A stretch of 64,000 bases of DNA from an uncultured Thermoprotei archaeon. Lineage in GTDB: Archaea > Thermoproteota > Thermoprotei > QMSL01 > B3-G16. The translations under genes were made by a program, and so were the position numbers. Below the pieces are notes generated by a model, which saw only the letters and a program-made list of their open reading frames with translations, had not been told where the DNA came from and did no database searches. The number at the start of each line of letters is the position of its first letter. Within the stretch, counting starts at the first letter, position 1. The stretch spans positions 13,817 through 77,816 of the forward strand of contig CAZFCQ010000006.1 in assembly GCA_964517845.1 (NCBI GenBank), given 5' to 3'. Below are positions 52,909-61,768 of this stretch, one piece after another.

Positions 52909-53715
52909 ATGCCTAGGTCGTTGATATTATTCCTCCTACCTAGGGGAAGAATCCCTGAGCCTGAGGAAATTTTAGACAAGCTTGAAGGAGCTTCTCTTAA
53001 GGAGCTTAGAGCTTATTTCGAGGAGAAAGATGATAAAGTGGGCTTAAGAAGGCTAGATAGCCTGTCTAAAATTATTGTAGGCTTAAATGGACGCTTTTCG
53101 AAGGTTAGAGCTACGTCTAAAGATGCAAGATTAATATTCAGCTATCTCTTTCGAGGAAGGTATTCTTACATATCTGGTGGAGAACGTAGAATAGGTGAAT
53201 ATGAAGTCTTAATGGAACATAATATATGGGTTAGGACATTATCTGGACTTATGGTGCTTTTTGATGTTCCTAAAAGGCGTATTGCCTATGCTCTGGCTCA
53301 ACTCATTTCATTAAGGCTATATGGTGATATAGTTTTAGTGAACCCCTTACATTTAGAACGTAGTCATTTAAGTTCTATTGAGCGATGGGTTACCTCTAAG
53401 GAACATGAGGTCACAGGGAATATTATTAGGGCTACATTTCGAAGGGCGCAAGTAAATGGAACAATACTAGACGAAGTTTCTATAAAGAAAGAAGGACTTG
53501 ATGTAACAGAAGCGTACTTTAAAGTTAAGTCTTCTGCTCATGAGATATCAGCACTTACATTCGTTACACCTTTACTTCCAGAAATAGGCAGAAGAGTAAC
53601 TTGTAAACTAGATAATAGGGGTGGACTTATGATATACACTCCTAATTTACGAGATGTGGATATTGAGGTTATAATTTCTAGGCTAGAGAGGGTACTCGGC
53701 TTAATCACTAGCTAA
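52909..53715 (+). CDS. Hypothetical protein (locus B, gene 3)
   Basis: 268-aa ORF, same strand, 72 nt after the ATPase; no recognisable motif. Confidence 0.5.
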   Translation: MPRSLILFLLPRGRIPEPEEILDKLEGASLKELRAYFEEKDDKVGLRRLDSLSKIIVGLNGRFSKVRATSKDARLIFSYLFRGRYSYISGGERRIGEYEVLMEHNIWVRTLSGLMVLFDVPKRRIAYALAQLISLRLYGDIVLVNPLHLERSHLSSIERWVTSKEHEVTGNIIRATFRRAQVNGTILDEVSIKKEGLDVTEAYFKVKSSAHEISALTFVTPLLPEIGRRVTCKLDNRGGLMIYTPNLRDVDIEVIISRLERVLGLITS

Positions 53716-53771
53716 AGTAAAGTTTATTAAGGAAGATACTTAACCTATTAAGGTTAGGGGCTATAGTTTTA

Positions 53772-54764
53772 ATGAGCCTTAGAAATTTTTCTATCTCTAA
53801 GCTAAAAATGGATCTATCTCAAGGCTCTACCATAGCGATATCTGAAGCTCTTGTTTTTCTTTCGGATGTTATTTCGAAAGCCACCGATATTAACTCACTA
53901 ATAAACAGATTATCCGATACGGCGTTAATGCTCTTCTCAGCAAGACCTGCTTCTGGGCTTCTTTTTAATGCTCTTCGCTCTTTATTACTTTCAGCTCTCA
54001 GGCTAATTAAAGAGATGCCTGATGTTCACTTTGTTAAGGAGTCCCTCACGAAGGAAATATATCAACTAGTTAGCACGTACAAGAACGCATTAAAATCTAT
54101 TGCAACAATTGGTGTTAAGAGACTTGAAGATGACGATATTATATTAACTGGAACTTATAGCTCCACGGTCTTTAGCATTCTAAAGCAAGCCGCAGAAGAA
54201 GGGAAGCACTTAACTATATATGTAACAGAGTCAAGGCCAGGATCTGAAGGCCTTCAGTTAGCTAAGGATTTAAGTAAAATGGGCTTTAAAGTAGTACTGT
54301 TTGTAGACTCCGCTGTTAGATATTTTATGAAGGAGGTAGATAAGGTCTTACTGGGAGCTGAAGCAATAGCTGCTAATGGTGCAGTAGTCAGTAAAGTGGG
54401 TACTTCTCTTATTGCTTTAGCTGCTCATGAAGCTAGAGTAAGAGTATTTATAGCTACAAGTATCTTTAAGTCTAATCCAAGGACTATGCTTGGTGAATTA
54501 GTGACGTTAGAGGAAGCTTCTCCAGCGCTAATTATGTCTAAGGAAAGACTAAGAGAACTTAATGTTAACGTTAGATGTCCTCTATTTGAAGTTATACCAC
54601 CTGAATACATTGACGCTCTAATAACTGAGAGAGGGCTTATAGCTCCTCAAGCAGTACCCCTTATAATGCGAAGTCTTTATGGTTGGCCACCTGAACATAT
54701 AGATCTTGAGAAGTTAGCTAAGAGTTTAAAGAGGTATGTTAAAGAAGAGGTGAATTCTACTTGA
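53772..54764 (+). CDS. eIF-2B alpha/beta/delta-like family protein (IF2B/MtnA/R15P-isomerase family), paralog 1
   Basis: 330 aa; family hallmark ANGAVVSKVGTSLIALAAHEARVRVF and C-terminal PPEYIDALITE. Confidence 0.75.
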   Translation: MSLRNFSISKLKMDLSQGSTIAISEALVFLSDVISKATDINSLINRLSDTALMLFSARPASGLLFNALRSLLLSALRLIKEMPDVHFVKESLTKEIYQLVSTYKNALKSIATIGVKRLEDDDIILTGTYSSTVFSILKQAAEEGKHLTIYVTESRPGSEGLQLAKDLSKMGFKVVLFVDSAVRYFMKEVDKVLLGAEAIAANGAVVSKVGTSLIALAAHEARVRVFIATSIFKSNPRTMLGELVTLEEASPALIMSKERLRELNVNVRCPLFEVIPPEYIDALITERGLIAPQAVPLIMRSLYGWPPEHIDLEKLAKSLKRYVKEEVNST

Positions 54765-55747
54765 AAATTCCTCATGAAGTTTTAAAGATAATCGAGGATA
54801 TAAGAACCATGAGGGTACGAGGAGCAGGAAAAATAGCTAGAACTGCTGCTAAAGCATTAATAATAGCAAGTGAAGAGTACCGAGGCACTTCACTTAAAGA
54901 ATACCTCACCTATATGGAGTTAATTGCTGAAAGACTTAAAAATGCTCGTCCTACAGCTGTATCTTTACCTAATGCTGTTAACTATGTATTATCTCGATTA
55001 AAGAAAGCCAGTATGGAACCTTCATCAACCTTAAATAAAGCTAAATTTATAGTGAGAGAGTCTGCTAATGACTTCATTAAACGTTCATTTGAAGCAATCA
55101 AGAAAATCGGAGAAATAGGTTCTAAAAGAATTTCTGATGGCGAAGTTATCTTAACACACTGCAATAGTACTGCAGCATTAAGTGTTATTATCACTGCTCA
55201 TCATCAAGGTAAGCATATAGAAGTTTTTGCTACTGAGACTCGTCCTAAATTTCAAGGTCATATTACAGCAAAGATACTTGCAAAAGAGGGAATACCCATT
55301 ACATTAATACCCGATTCTGCTGTTAGGTACTTCATGAAAGATATAGATAAGGTAATAGTAGGCGCTGATACAGTTACTGCTAATGGTGCAGTAGTTAATA
55401 AGGTAGGTACTTCTCTTATTGCTTTAGCTGCTCATGAAGCTAGAGTAAGAGTATTCGTGGCTGCTGAAACTTACAAATTTAGTCCTGCTACTGTACTAGG
55501 TGAATTAGTAATGATTGAAGAGCGTGATCCTACTGAGGTAGTACCCCCCGAGTACCTTTATGAAAATTCAGAGGTTATCGTACGTAATCCTGCGTTCGAT
55601 GTTACACCACCCGAATACATAGACGCTATAATAACCGAAAAAGGCATTATTCCCCCTCAAGCCGCAATATTGATACTCGAGGAAGAGTACGGCTGGGTTC
55701 TAAAGGATTATTTCATTAAGGAACTCAACTTTGCTGAAGAGAGTTAG
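54761..55747 (+). CDS. eIF-2B alpha/beta/delta-like family protein, paralog 2 (TTG start overlapping upstream stop)
   Basis: 328 aa; ANGAVVNKVGTSLIALAAHEARVRVF and PPEYIDAIITE; start codon TTG at 54761 inside a TTGA overlap. Confidence 0.75.
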   Translation: MKIPHEVLKIIEDIRTMRVRGAGKIARTAAKALIIASEEYRGTSLKEYLTYMELIAERLKNARPTAVSLPNAVNYVLSRLKKASMEPSSTLNKAKFIVRESANDFIKRSFEAIKKIGEIGSKRISDGEVILTHCNSTAALSVIITAHHQGKHIEVFATETRPKFQGHITAKILAKEGIPITLIPDSAVRYFMKDIDKVIVGADTVTANGAVVNKVGTSLIALAAHEARVRVFVAAETYKFSPATVLGELVMIEERDPTEVVPPEYLYENSEVIVRNPAFDVTPPEYIDAIITEKGIIPPQAAILILEEEYGWVLKDYFIKELNFAEES

Positions 55748-55754
55748 CTTCTTA

Positions 55755-56378
55755 TTAATTCTTTAGATAAGTCTTAGTTATTACTGATTTCATAATAGTA
55801 GTATTTGGTATTAGCACTTCTATGGATCTATCCTCACTAACTAGTATAGTGTACATTACGTGTATGTCCTTGACTATTCCTTTCTGACCAGCTACATTTA
55901 CAAAATCTCCAGGCTTAAATGGTCTTGTTAAAGCTATGAAAATTCCAGCAAGAGCTTGTCCTAAAATTGTCTGTGTGGCAAAACCTATTACCATACCTAT
56001 AAATGAACCTAGAGTAAGTGCTGCTGAAGGATTTACATTGAAAACTGAGGTTAATACTGCTAGTAAAATACCTATCCCTAAGATCCTAACTATGGTTCTT
56101 ATTAGTGAAGCCGTACCATACTCGGCCTTAGTCCTTAAGAGCCAATATGTAGCATCTGCAAATGAATTTACTACGAGATAACCCATTCCTAGAACTATTA
56201 ACCCGTCTATGTAGACCTTATAATTCATAATTTCTGGAGATGTAAATGAAGCTAAATTCGTTAAGATGATGTCATTCACAACAACCGTGATTATACAAGC
56301 AATAGAATACAATATAACTTTTATAAAGATTCTACTACCTCTACGAACGAATTCTTTTCTGGGCATGATTCCGCTCAT
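55755..56378 (-). CDS. Small-conductance mechanosensitive channel (MscS) family protein
   Basis: 207 aa; TM helices then MscS beta-domain GDFVNVAGQKGIVKDIHVMYTILVSEDRSIEVLIPNTTIM. Confidence 0.7.
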   Translation of the reverse strand: MSGIMPRKEFVRRGSRIFIKVILYSIACIITVVVNDIILTNLASFTSPEIMNYKVYIDGLIVLGMGYLVVNSFADATYWLLRTKAEYGTASLIRTIVRILGIGILLAVLTSVFNVNPSAALTLGSFIGMVIGFATQTILGQALAGIFIALTRPFKPGDFVNVAGQKGIVKDIHVMYTILVSEDRSIEVLIPNTTIMKSVITKTYLKN

Positions 56379-56454
56379 GATTACTTCTATTGTCCATCCT
56401 TAAATAAGAGTTTATCTTTTCTTCCTTAGAGCTTATAAAACTCCTTTACATTTC

Positions 56455-58239
56455 CTATGGTATCATATTGGCTAATGACCTTAAAGTGTGTGTAGTCAAT
56501 ACGAAAAATACGACTGTAGTTAAGACTTTTCCATAGCTCTTATTCCAAGTTAATTGATATAACCCTTTAGCTGCAAGAATATGAAGAGGTAAGTTAAGGA
56601 TTAATCTACTTTGTATTGTAGCATTTGAGAATAAAAAAGGAATGGAAGTTGTAATGAGCCAAGAATCTAAAAGCCTATCTAATGGATTTTCATAATTTAA
56701 TGCTAGGGCACCTATAACAGCAAGTGTATATAAAAGCCAATTAGCAGTATACCCACCAACTAGAATATTCAGAGCGAAAGAGAGATTCTGACCGAGAAGC
56801 ATTAAGTTGTCAAAACTTAAAGAACTACTTAAAGTTCTATAACCTATTGAAACTCCTGGTAAGCTTTTCACTGCTATCGATCTTGCTAAATCCACTAATA
56901 CTGAAGGTGCTGTAACTTGCAAAAATACTAATGTACCTCTCTTGAAGTTAACTTTATGCTTTATAACGCTTAGTACGAGGTATACCGCCATTACTGCTAT
57001 ACTCATCTGCCATGTCCAAGTATGCGAAAGTGCTACAACTATTAACAATATTGCTACTATCGTAGCTCTTCTAACACTCCTTTCTTCAAGAATTTCAATA
57101 AATAGACTTTGTCCAACATACGCTAGATTTAACGCTAAAAGGTTTGCGTGATATCCTGCATAAATACCGACTAAGGTGTATATAGATAAGGGGGCTATCA
57201 TTACTGCCATAGCCGTTATCTCAAATCTCCATTTTCTCACAAGGTAGTATGTAACTAAGGGGTAGGTGATTATTGCTAATGATAATAGTATATGTGTTAT
57301 AACTAGATAATTCGTATCGATCAACTTCTCAATAAGATAGAGTAAGAGTAGTACTATAGGTCTGCTTCCACTCGATAAAATGAACGCTTTCTGCCAGGGA
57401 TTATCCTTCATTTCACTTAGCCAACGACTATAGTAGATTATATCGACAGTTACAGGAGAGTTATTAGGATTTATTGCAGGAGAATAGGGGTATAGTGATA
57501 GAATCGAGGAGACGATTGTTGCTATTAACAAGCTTATCTTGTTTCTTTTGTATTCCTTATGAGCAAGAAGCCGCTCTTCAGATGTTCTCATTATTAGACT
57601 TATTCCTTTTTTAGTTATCTTTATTCCTCTTATCCTTGTCAGGGGTATTAAAATTTTCCTGAAAAGCCACATGTATATGAGTATGATTATTAGTGCTATG
57701 GATAATTTATGTAGTGTATAGAAGACTCCTGTCTCTAATGGTACTGGTCCTGATAAAGGATTCTTAACCTCTAACGGGACTATCGAAATTAAGATCCAAT
57801 GAGAAAGTGCTAAGACTTCAAGTCCTAAGTAAATTATCATAAAGTAGCATAAAAGCTCCTCTAATACATCAAACTTATGTGCCTGATATACAAATACTAG
57901 TATCGACAAAATTCCCGTTACTAGGGCATAAATTTTAGGCAACCACCATGTTAGAAGCGTCAAACAAATTAATGGAATAGTGTATTTTATTAGAGCCTTT
58001 AAGGCAGGTCTCGTTCTAAGGCTCATAATAGAAAACGTTGTAATTCCCGGCAATAGTAGTAGTACATCAAGTGATGGTGATATGATAAATGGACTAGCTC
58101 TTTGAAGTATAGTAACCCTATTAATAGTTATAAGATAGACTGGTTCCAATAAATGAACTATATGAAGTATCATAACGAAAAGGTAACCTGCTATAGCTAA
58201 AGATGATAAACATTTATGAATCTCATTTAATCTTTTCAT
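56455..58239 (-). CDS. Polytopic integral membrane protein (13+ TM), possible GT-C-fold glycosyltransferase
   Basis: 594 aa, highly hydrophobic with one larger loop; no diagnostic motif seen. Functional guess comes from glycan-related neighbours. Confidence 0.35.
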   Translation of the reverse strand: MKRLNEIHKCLSSLAIAGYLFVMILHIVHLLEPVYLITINRVTILQRASPFIISPSLDVLLLLPGITTFSIMSLRTRPALKALIKYTIPLICLTLLTWWLPKIYALVTGILSILVFVYQAHKFDVLEELLCYFMIIYLGLEVLALSHWILISIVPLEVKNPLSGPVPLETGVFYTLHKLSIALIIILIYMWLFRKILIPLTRIRGIKITKKGISLIMRTSEERLLAHKEYKRNKISLLIATIVSSILSLYPYSPAINPNNSPVTVDIIYYSRWLSEMKDNPWQKAFILSSGSRPIVLLLLYLIEKLIDTNYLVITHILLSLAIITYPLVTYYLVRKWRFEITAMAVMIAPLSIYTLVGIYAGYHANLLALNLAYVGQSLFIEILEERSVRRATIVAILLIVVALSHTWTWQMSIAVMAVYLVLSVIKHKVNFKRGTLVFLQVTAPSVLVDLARSIAVKSLPGVSIGYRTLSSSLSFDNLMLLGQNLSFALNILVGGYTANWLLYTLAVIGALALNYENPLDRLLDSWLITTSIPFLFSNATIQSRLILNLPLHILAAKGLYQLTWNKSYGKVLTTVVFFVLTTHTLRSLANMIP

Positions 58240-58445
58240 GCTCTTTCCTTGATCTTATTCTAGATATGAAATTTAAAGCCATTTATACTGTACACATGAT
58301 ATCTTCATTACAATTTTTAATGCATATGCATTAAAAATCAATAAAGGTTCCCTATTAGTAAGCAATCTAAAGGTCATCTGCTTTTGAGTTAGGTACTTAA
58401 TATTGAAAAAGGGTACTAATCTTTCTTTATGTAGGTGAGAGATCT

Positions 58446-59486
58446 GTGATATCTTCAAGCTTCACTCTTAACGAAATTAGAGATACCCCTAATGCATTAA
58501 AAAGAGTAATAGGAGAGTTACCTAGAATAAGAGAAATAGCGGATACCATCGTTAATAGAGGTATTAATAGACTATTTCTTAGTGGATGCGGATCATCATT
58601 TTATGCAGCTATGACAGGCCATTACGTATTAGTAGATACAAAAATCAATGCACTTGCCCTTCCTTCATCAGAGTTATTGTTTTACTATACTGATGCAATT
58701 AATAGCTCCTCTGCCGTTATAGCATTATCACGTTCTGGTAGAACATCTGAAACGTTAGCAGCATTAAGGAAAGCTAAAGAGAAAGGTGCATTAACTATTG
58801 GAATTACATGTTCTAAAGATAGCCCTCTAGAAAGAGAAGCGCACCATAGCCTACTTCTGAGTATAGGCGAAGAACAGAGCATAGTCATGACTAAGTCATT
58901 CTCATCTTTAGCTTTGAGTACGATACTACTCTGTGGAGAAGTTAAGAGATCCATAGGAAAAGAGTTAGAATCCAATTGGATACCAGAAAATCTTCCTCTT
59001 GCAGCTTCTAATATTCTTAAGCTAGAGAATAAGGTAAGAGAAATTGCCAGTGAGCTACTAGATAAAAGGACATTCATATTCCTAGGAACTGGATCAGCGT
59101 ATCCTATAGCCTTAGAAGGAGCCTTAAAGCTTATGGAAACTTCATATGTTGTGACTAAAGCTCTCCATTCTTTAGAGTTCCGTCATGGTCCAATAGCTGC
59201 TGTTGATAAAAATGTAGGGCTAATTATAATAGCTCATAAGGGTAAATCTTCTTCAGCTCTCATTAATCTAATAAGAGACCTAAAAGCACAAAAACTAGTT
59301 CCCATAGTTATCTCAAACATAGAGGAACTAGAGAAAGATATAGAGATACCCTTAGATGTGAATGAAGCCCTCCTTCCCCCTGTAGTCATTATACCATTAC
59401 AGCTTATGGCATATTATGTCAGCACTCTCAAAGGTTTAAATCCTGATAAGCCTAGAAGGCTTAGTAAATTCGTAGGGAGGTTTTAA
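58446..59486 (+). CDS. Double-SIS-domain sugar isomerase/deaminase (GlmS-C/AgaS-like, glucosamine-6-phosphate deaminase-type)
   Basis: 346 aa; two SIS modules (LSGCGSS... and LGTGSAYPIALEGALKLME). Confidence 0.75.
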   Translation: MISSSFTLNEIRDTPNALKRVIGELPRIREIADTIVNRGINRLFLSGCGSSFYAAMTGHYVLVDTKINALALPSSELLFYYTDAINSSSAVIALSRSGRTSETLAALRKAKEKGALTIGITCSKDSPLEREAHHSLLLSIGEEQSIVMTKSFSSLALSTILLCGEVKRSIGKELESNWIPENLPLAASNILKLENKVREIASELLDKRTFIFLGTGSAYPIALEGALKLMETSYVVTKALHSLEFRHGPIAAVDKNVGLIIIAHKGKSSSALINLIRDLKAQKLVPIVISNIEELEKDIEIPLDVNEALLPPVVIIPLQLMAYYVSTLKGLNPDKPRRLSKFVGRF

Positions 59487-59488
59487 TA

Positions 59489-60469
59489 TTGTTCCTTATG
59501 GCCCTAGATGGTGGAAAGACGAAGACTTCTTGTGTCTTATTTAATGAAAGGGGCAACATACTAGCTCTCTCCTCTTCAGGACCTAGCGGTCTTATATTAC
59601 CCTTAGACACTATCAAGAAGAATATTTTGAAAGCTATTACTGATTGTCTCCTAAAGGTAGGAATTAAGATAGAGGATGTAGATATTATAGTACTTGGACT
59701 AGCTGATCTAGATACTGAAAGAGACCGAGAGAGAGCCCAAGAAGTTGTAAAATCTCTATCTCTTCCCCCCTCCATAAGAATTATTGTCGAACATGATGCT
59801 GTAGTAGCTTACTATGCTGTCACATACGGTAAACCTGGTATAGCTGTAATAGCTGGGACAGGTAGTATAGCCTTTGGTATGAACGAATATGGAGAACGTG
59901 CTAGATCTAGTGGTTGGGGATGGCTCTTTGGCGATGAAGGAAGTGCATTCTGGATAGCTAGAGAGGCTCTAATGTTAGCAGCTAAAGCTTACGATGGTCG
60001 TGGTAGTAAGACTAAGTTAACAGATGCGTTAATCAGAGAATTTAAAATTAAGGACTTTCTCAGCATTATCGATGTAGTATATAAGGATTTAAAAGGAGAC
60101 CCTGGTAATATCGCTAAAATCGCAGAGTTAGTAGATAAGGTAGCTATAGAGGGGGATAAGATTGCATATGGTATCATGAAAAGAGCTGGCATAGAGTTAG
60201 CTCTCTCAGCATATGCAGTAGCTGAAAAGTTGGGAATGGTTAATAAGCGAATAGTTGTAGGAGGTGTAGGTAGTGTGTTTAACTCATCAATTGTTAAAGA
60301 GACATTTTACGATTGGCTTAAATCAAGGCTTAGAAATGCTATATTTAAACCCCCTCTAATTGGTTATCAACCAATAATAGGTTCAGTTGTACTTGCACTA
60401 AGAGCTTTAGGATTAAATTATAGAGAAGTAGCAGAGAGAATAGAACGTATTAAGTGTCAGCTTTCCTGA
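59489..60469 (+). CDS. BadF/BadG/BcrA/BcrD-type ATPase family sugar kinase (N-acetylglucosamine kinase-like)
   Basis: 326 aa; ASKHA-fold motifs LDGGKTKT, AGTGSIAFG, GWGWLFGDEGSAFWIA. Confidence 0.75.
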   Translation: MFLMALDGGKTKTSCVLFNERGNILALSSSGPSGLILPLDTIKKNILKAITDCLLKVGIKIEDVDIIVLGLADLDTERDRERAQEVVKSLSLPPSIRIIVEHDAVVAYYAVTYGKPGIAVIAGTGSIAFGMNEYGERARSSGWGWLFGDEGSAFWIAREALMLAAKAYDGRGSKTKLTDALIREFKIKDFLSIIDVVYKDLKGDPGNIAKIAELVDKVAIEGDKIAYGIMKRAGIELALSAYAVAEKLGMVNKRIVVGGVGSVFNSSIVKETFYDWLKSRLRNAIFKPPLIGYQPIIGSVVLALRALGLNYREVAERIERIKCQLS

Positions 60470-60614
60470 ATTGAAAGTCCATTTTTATGATGAACCTCTT
60501 AGCAATTTTTAAGATATTTTAACAATTTGTGTAAACTATTTCCAATCGTATATATTGTTAAAATATTAATTTAACATGCTAAAGTTTAAACTACACTTTT
60601 TCTATTTTTAAGTC

Positions 60615-61616
60615 TTGAAGGCTCCTAAGTTGTTAAGCTCTGATGGAGGCATGACAAGGCATATGATCTCAAGAGAAGTCCTCGAACTAAGGGAAGAAAC
60701 ACGTCATGTTAGACCAAAGGTAGTAGCCTGTATACCAGCGTATAACGAAGAGAGAAGCATAGCAAAGGTGATTCTCTTAGCTAAAAAGTACGCCGATGAG
60801 ATAATAGTCTGTGATGATGGCTCTACTGATATGACTAGCGAGATTGCAAGAGCGCTTGGCGCAATAGTGATAAAGCATCCTAGAAACATGGGTTATGGTG
60901 CTGCATTAATATCACTATTTAGAAAGGCATTAGAGCTTAAAGCTGACGTAATCATAACCCTTGATGCTGATGGACAACATAATCCAGAAGAGATACCAAG
61001 ATTAATTCAACCTATATTGAAAGGCGAAGCAGATATAGTAGTGGGGTCTCGTTTCATTAAAGAATGTTCAAATAGGATACCCTTCTATCGTAGATTAGGC
61101 ATAAAGTTAATCACACGAATTAGTAATTCATCAATGAAGTTCAATATAACGGATTCACAGTCAGGATATAGGGCTTATAGTATTAAAGCTCTCAAGCTTA
61201 TAGCTCCTTACCTAACCGAATATGGCATGGGCATTAGCCTTGAAGTACTAGAGCTAGCAAATAGTGCAAAACTTAGAGTAGTTGAAGTCCCAGTAGAGAT
61301 AACATACGATGTAGAAAAGCCTTCTAAGAAAAACCCTATAGCTCATGGTATTGAATTAATAATGAGCCTAGTAAAATTAATTTCATTAGAAAGGCCTATT
61401 ACGTGTCTAGGATTACCAAGTCTAGCGTTCATTGCAATAGGAATGTCTCTTGTAGCCTATCTGATATTACTTTTTAATGCAACACGCTACTTCAGTGTAC
61501 CCTTGGCTATTATAGCGTTAGGAGCAGTTCTTGTAGGCATGATATTGGCTATGAGTTCACTTACATTCTATGCCTTATCAACGATAATTAAGAAAATAGA
61601 TAGGCGTCAGAGTTAA
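60615..61616 (+). CDS. GT2 polyprenyl-phosphate glycosyltransferase (GtrB/dolichyl-phosphate mannosyltransferase-like) with two C-terminal TM helices
   Basis: 333 aa; GT2 motifs VVACIPAYNEE, VCDDGSTD, DADGQH, then two TM helices; real start may be ATG 60651. Confidence 0.8.
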   Translation: MKAPKLLSSDGGMTRHMISREVLELREETRHVRPKVVACIPAYNEERSIAKVILLAKKYADEIIVCDDGSTDMTSEIARALGAIVIKHPRNMGYGAALISLFRKALELKADVIITLDADGQHNPEEIPRLIQPILKGEADIVVGSRFIKECSNRIPFYRRLGIKLITRISNSSMKFNITDSQSGYRAYSIKALKLIAPYLTEYGMGISLEVLELANSAKLRVVEVPVEITYDVEKPSKKNPIAHGIELIMSLVKLISLERPITCLGLPSLAFIAIGMSLVAYLILLFNATRYFSVPLAIIALGAVLVGMILAMSSLTFYALSTIIKKIDRRQS

Positions 61617-61768
61617 TTAAGAATAACTAAATTAGTACACTTCAATCCTTAATCTAAGATAATATCCTATAGACTATTCTATTTTACACTTCTTTCTTAT
61701 ATTAAAGAAGGTTTTTATACCCTCTAACTTCTTAGATTAACTCGAACTACTCATCACGGGGATCGATA

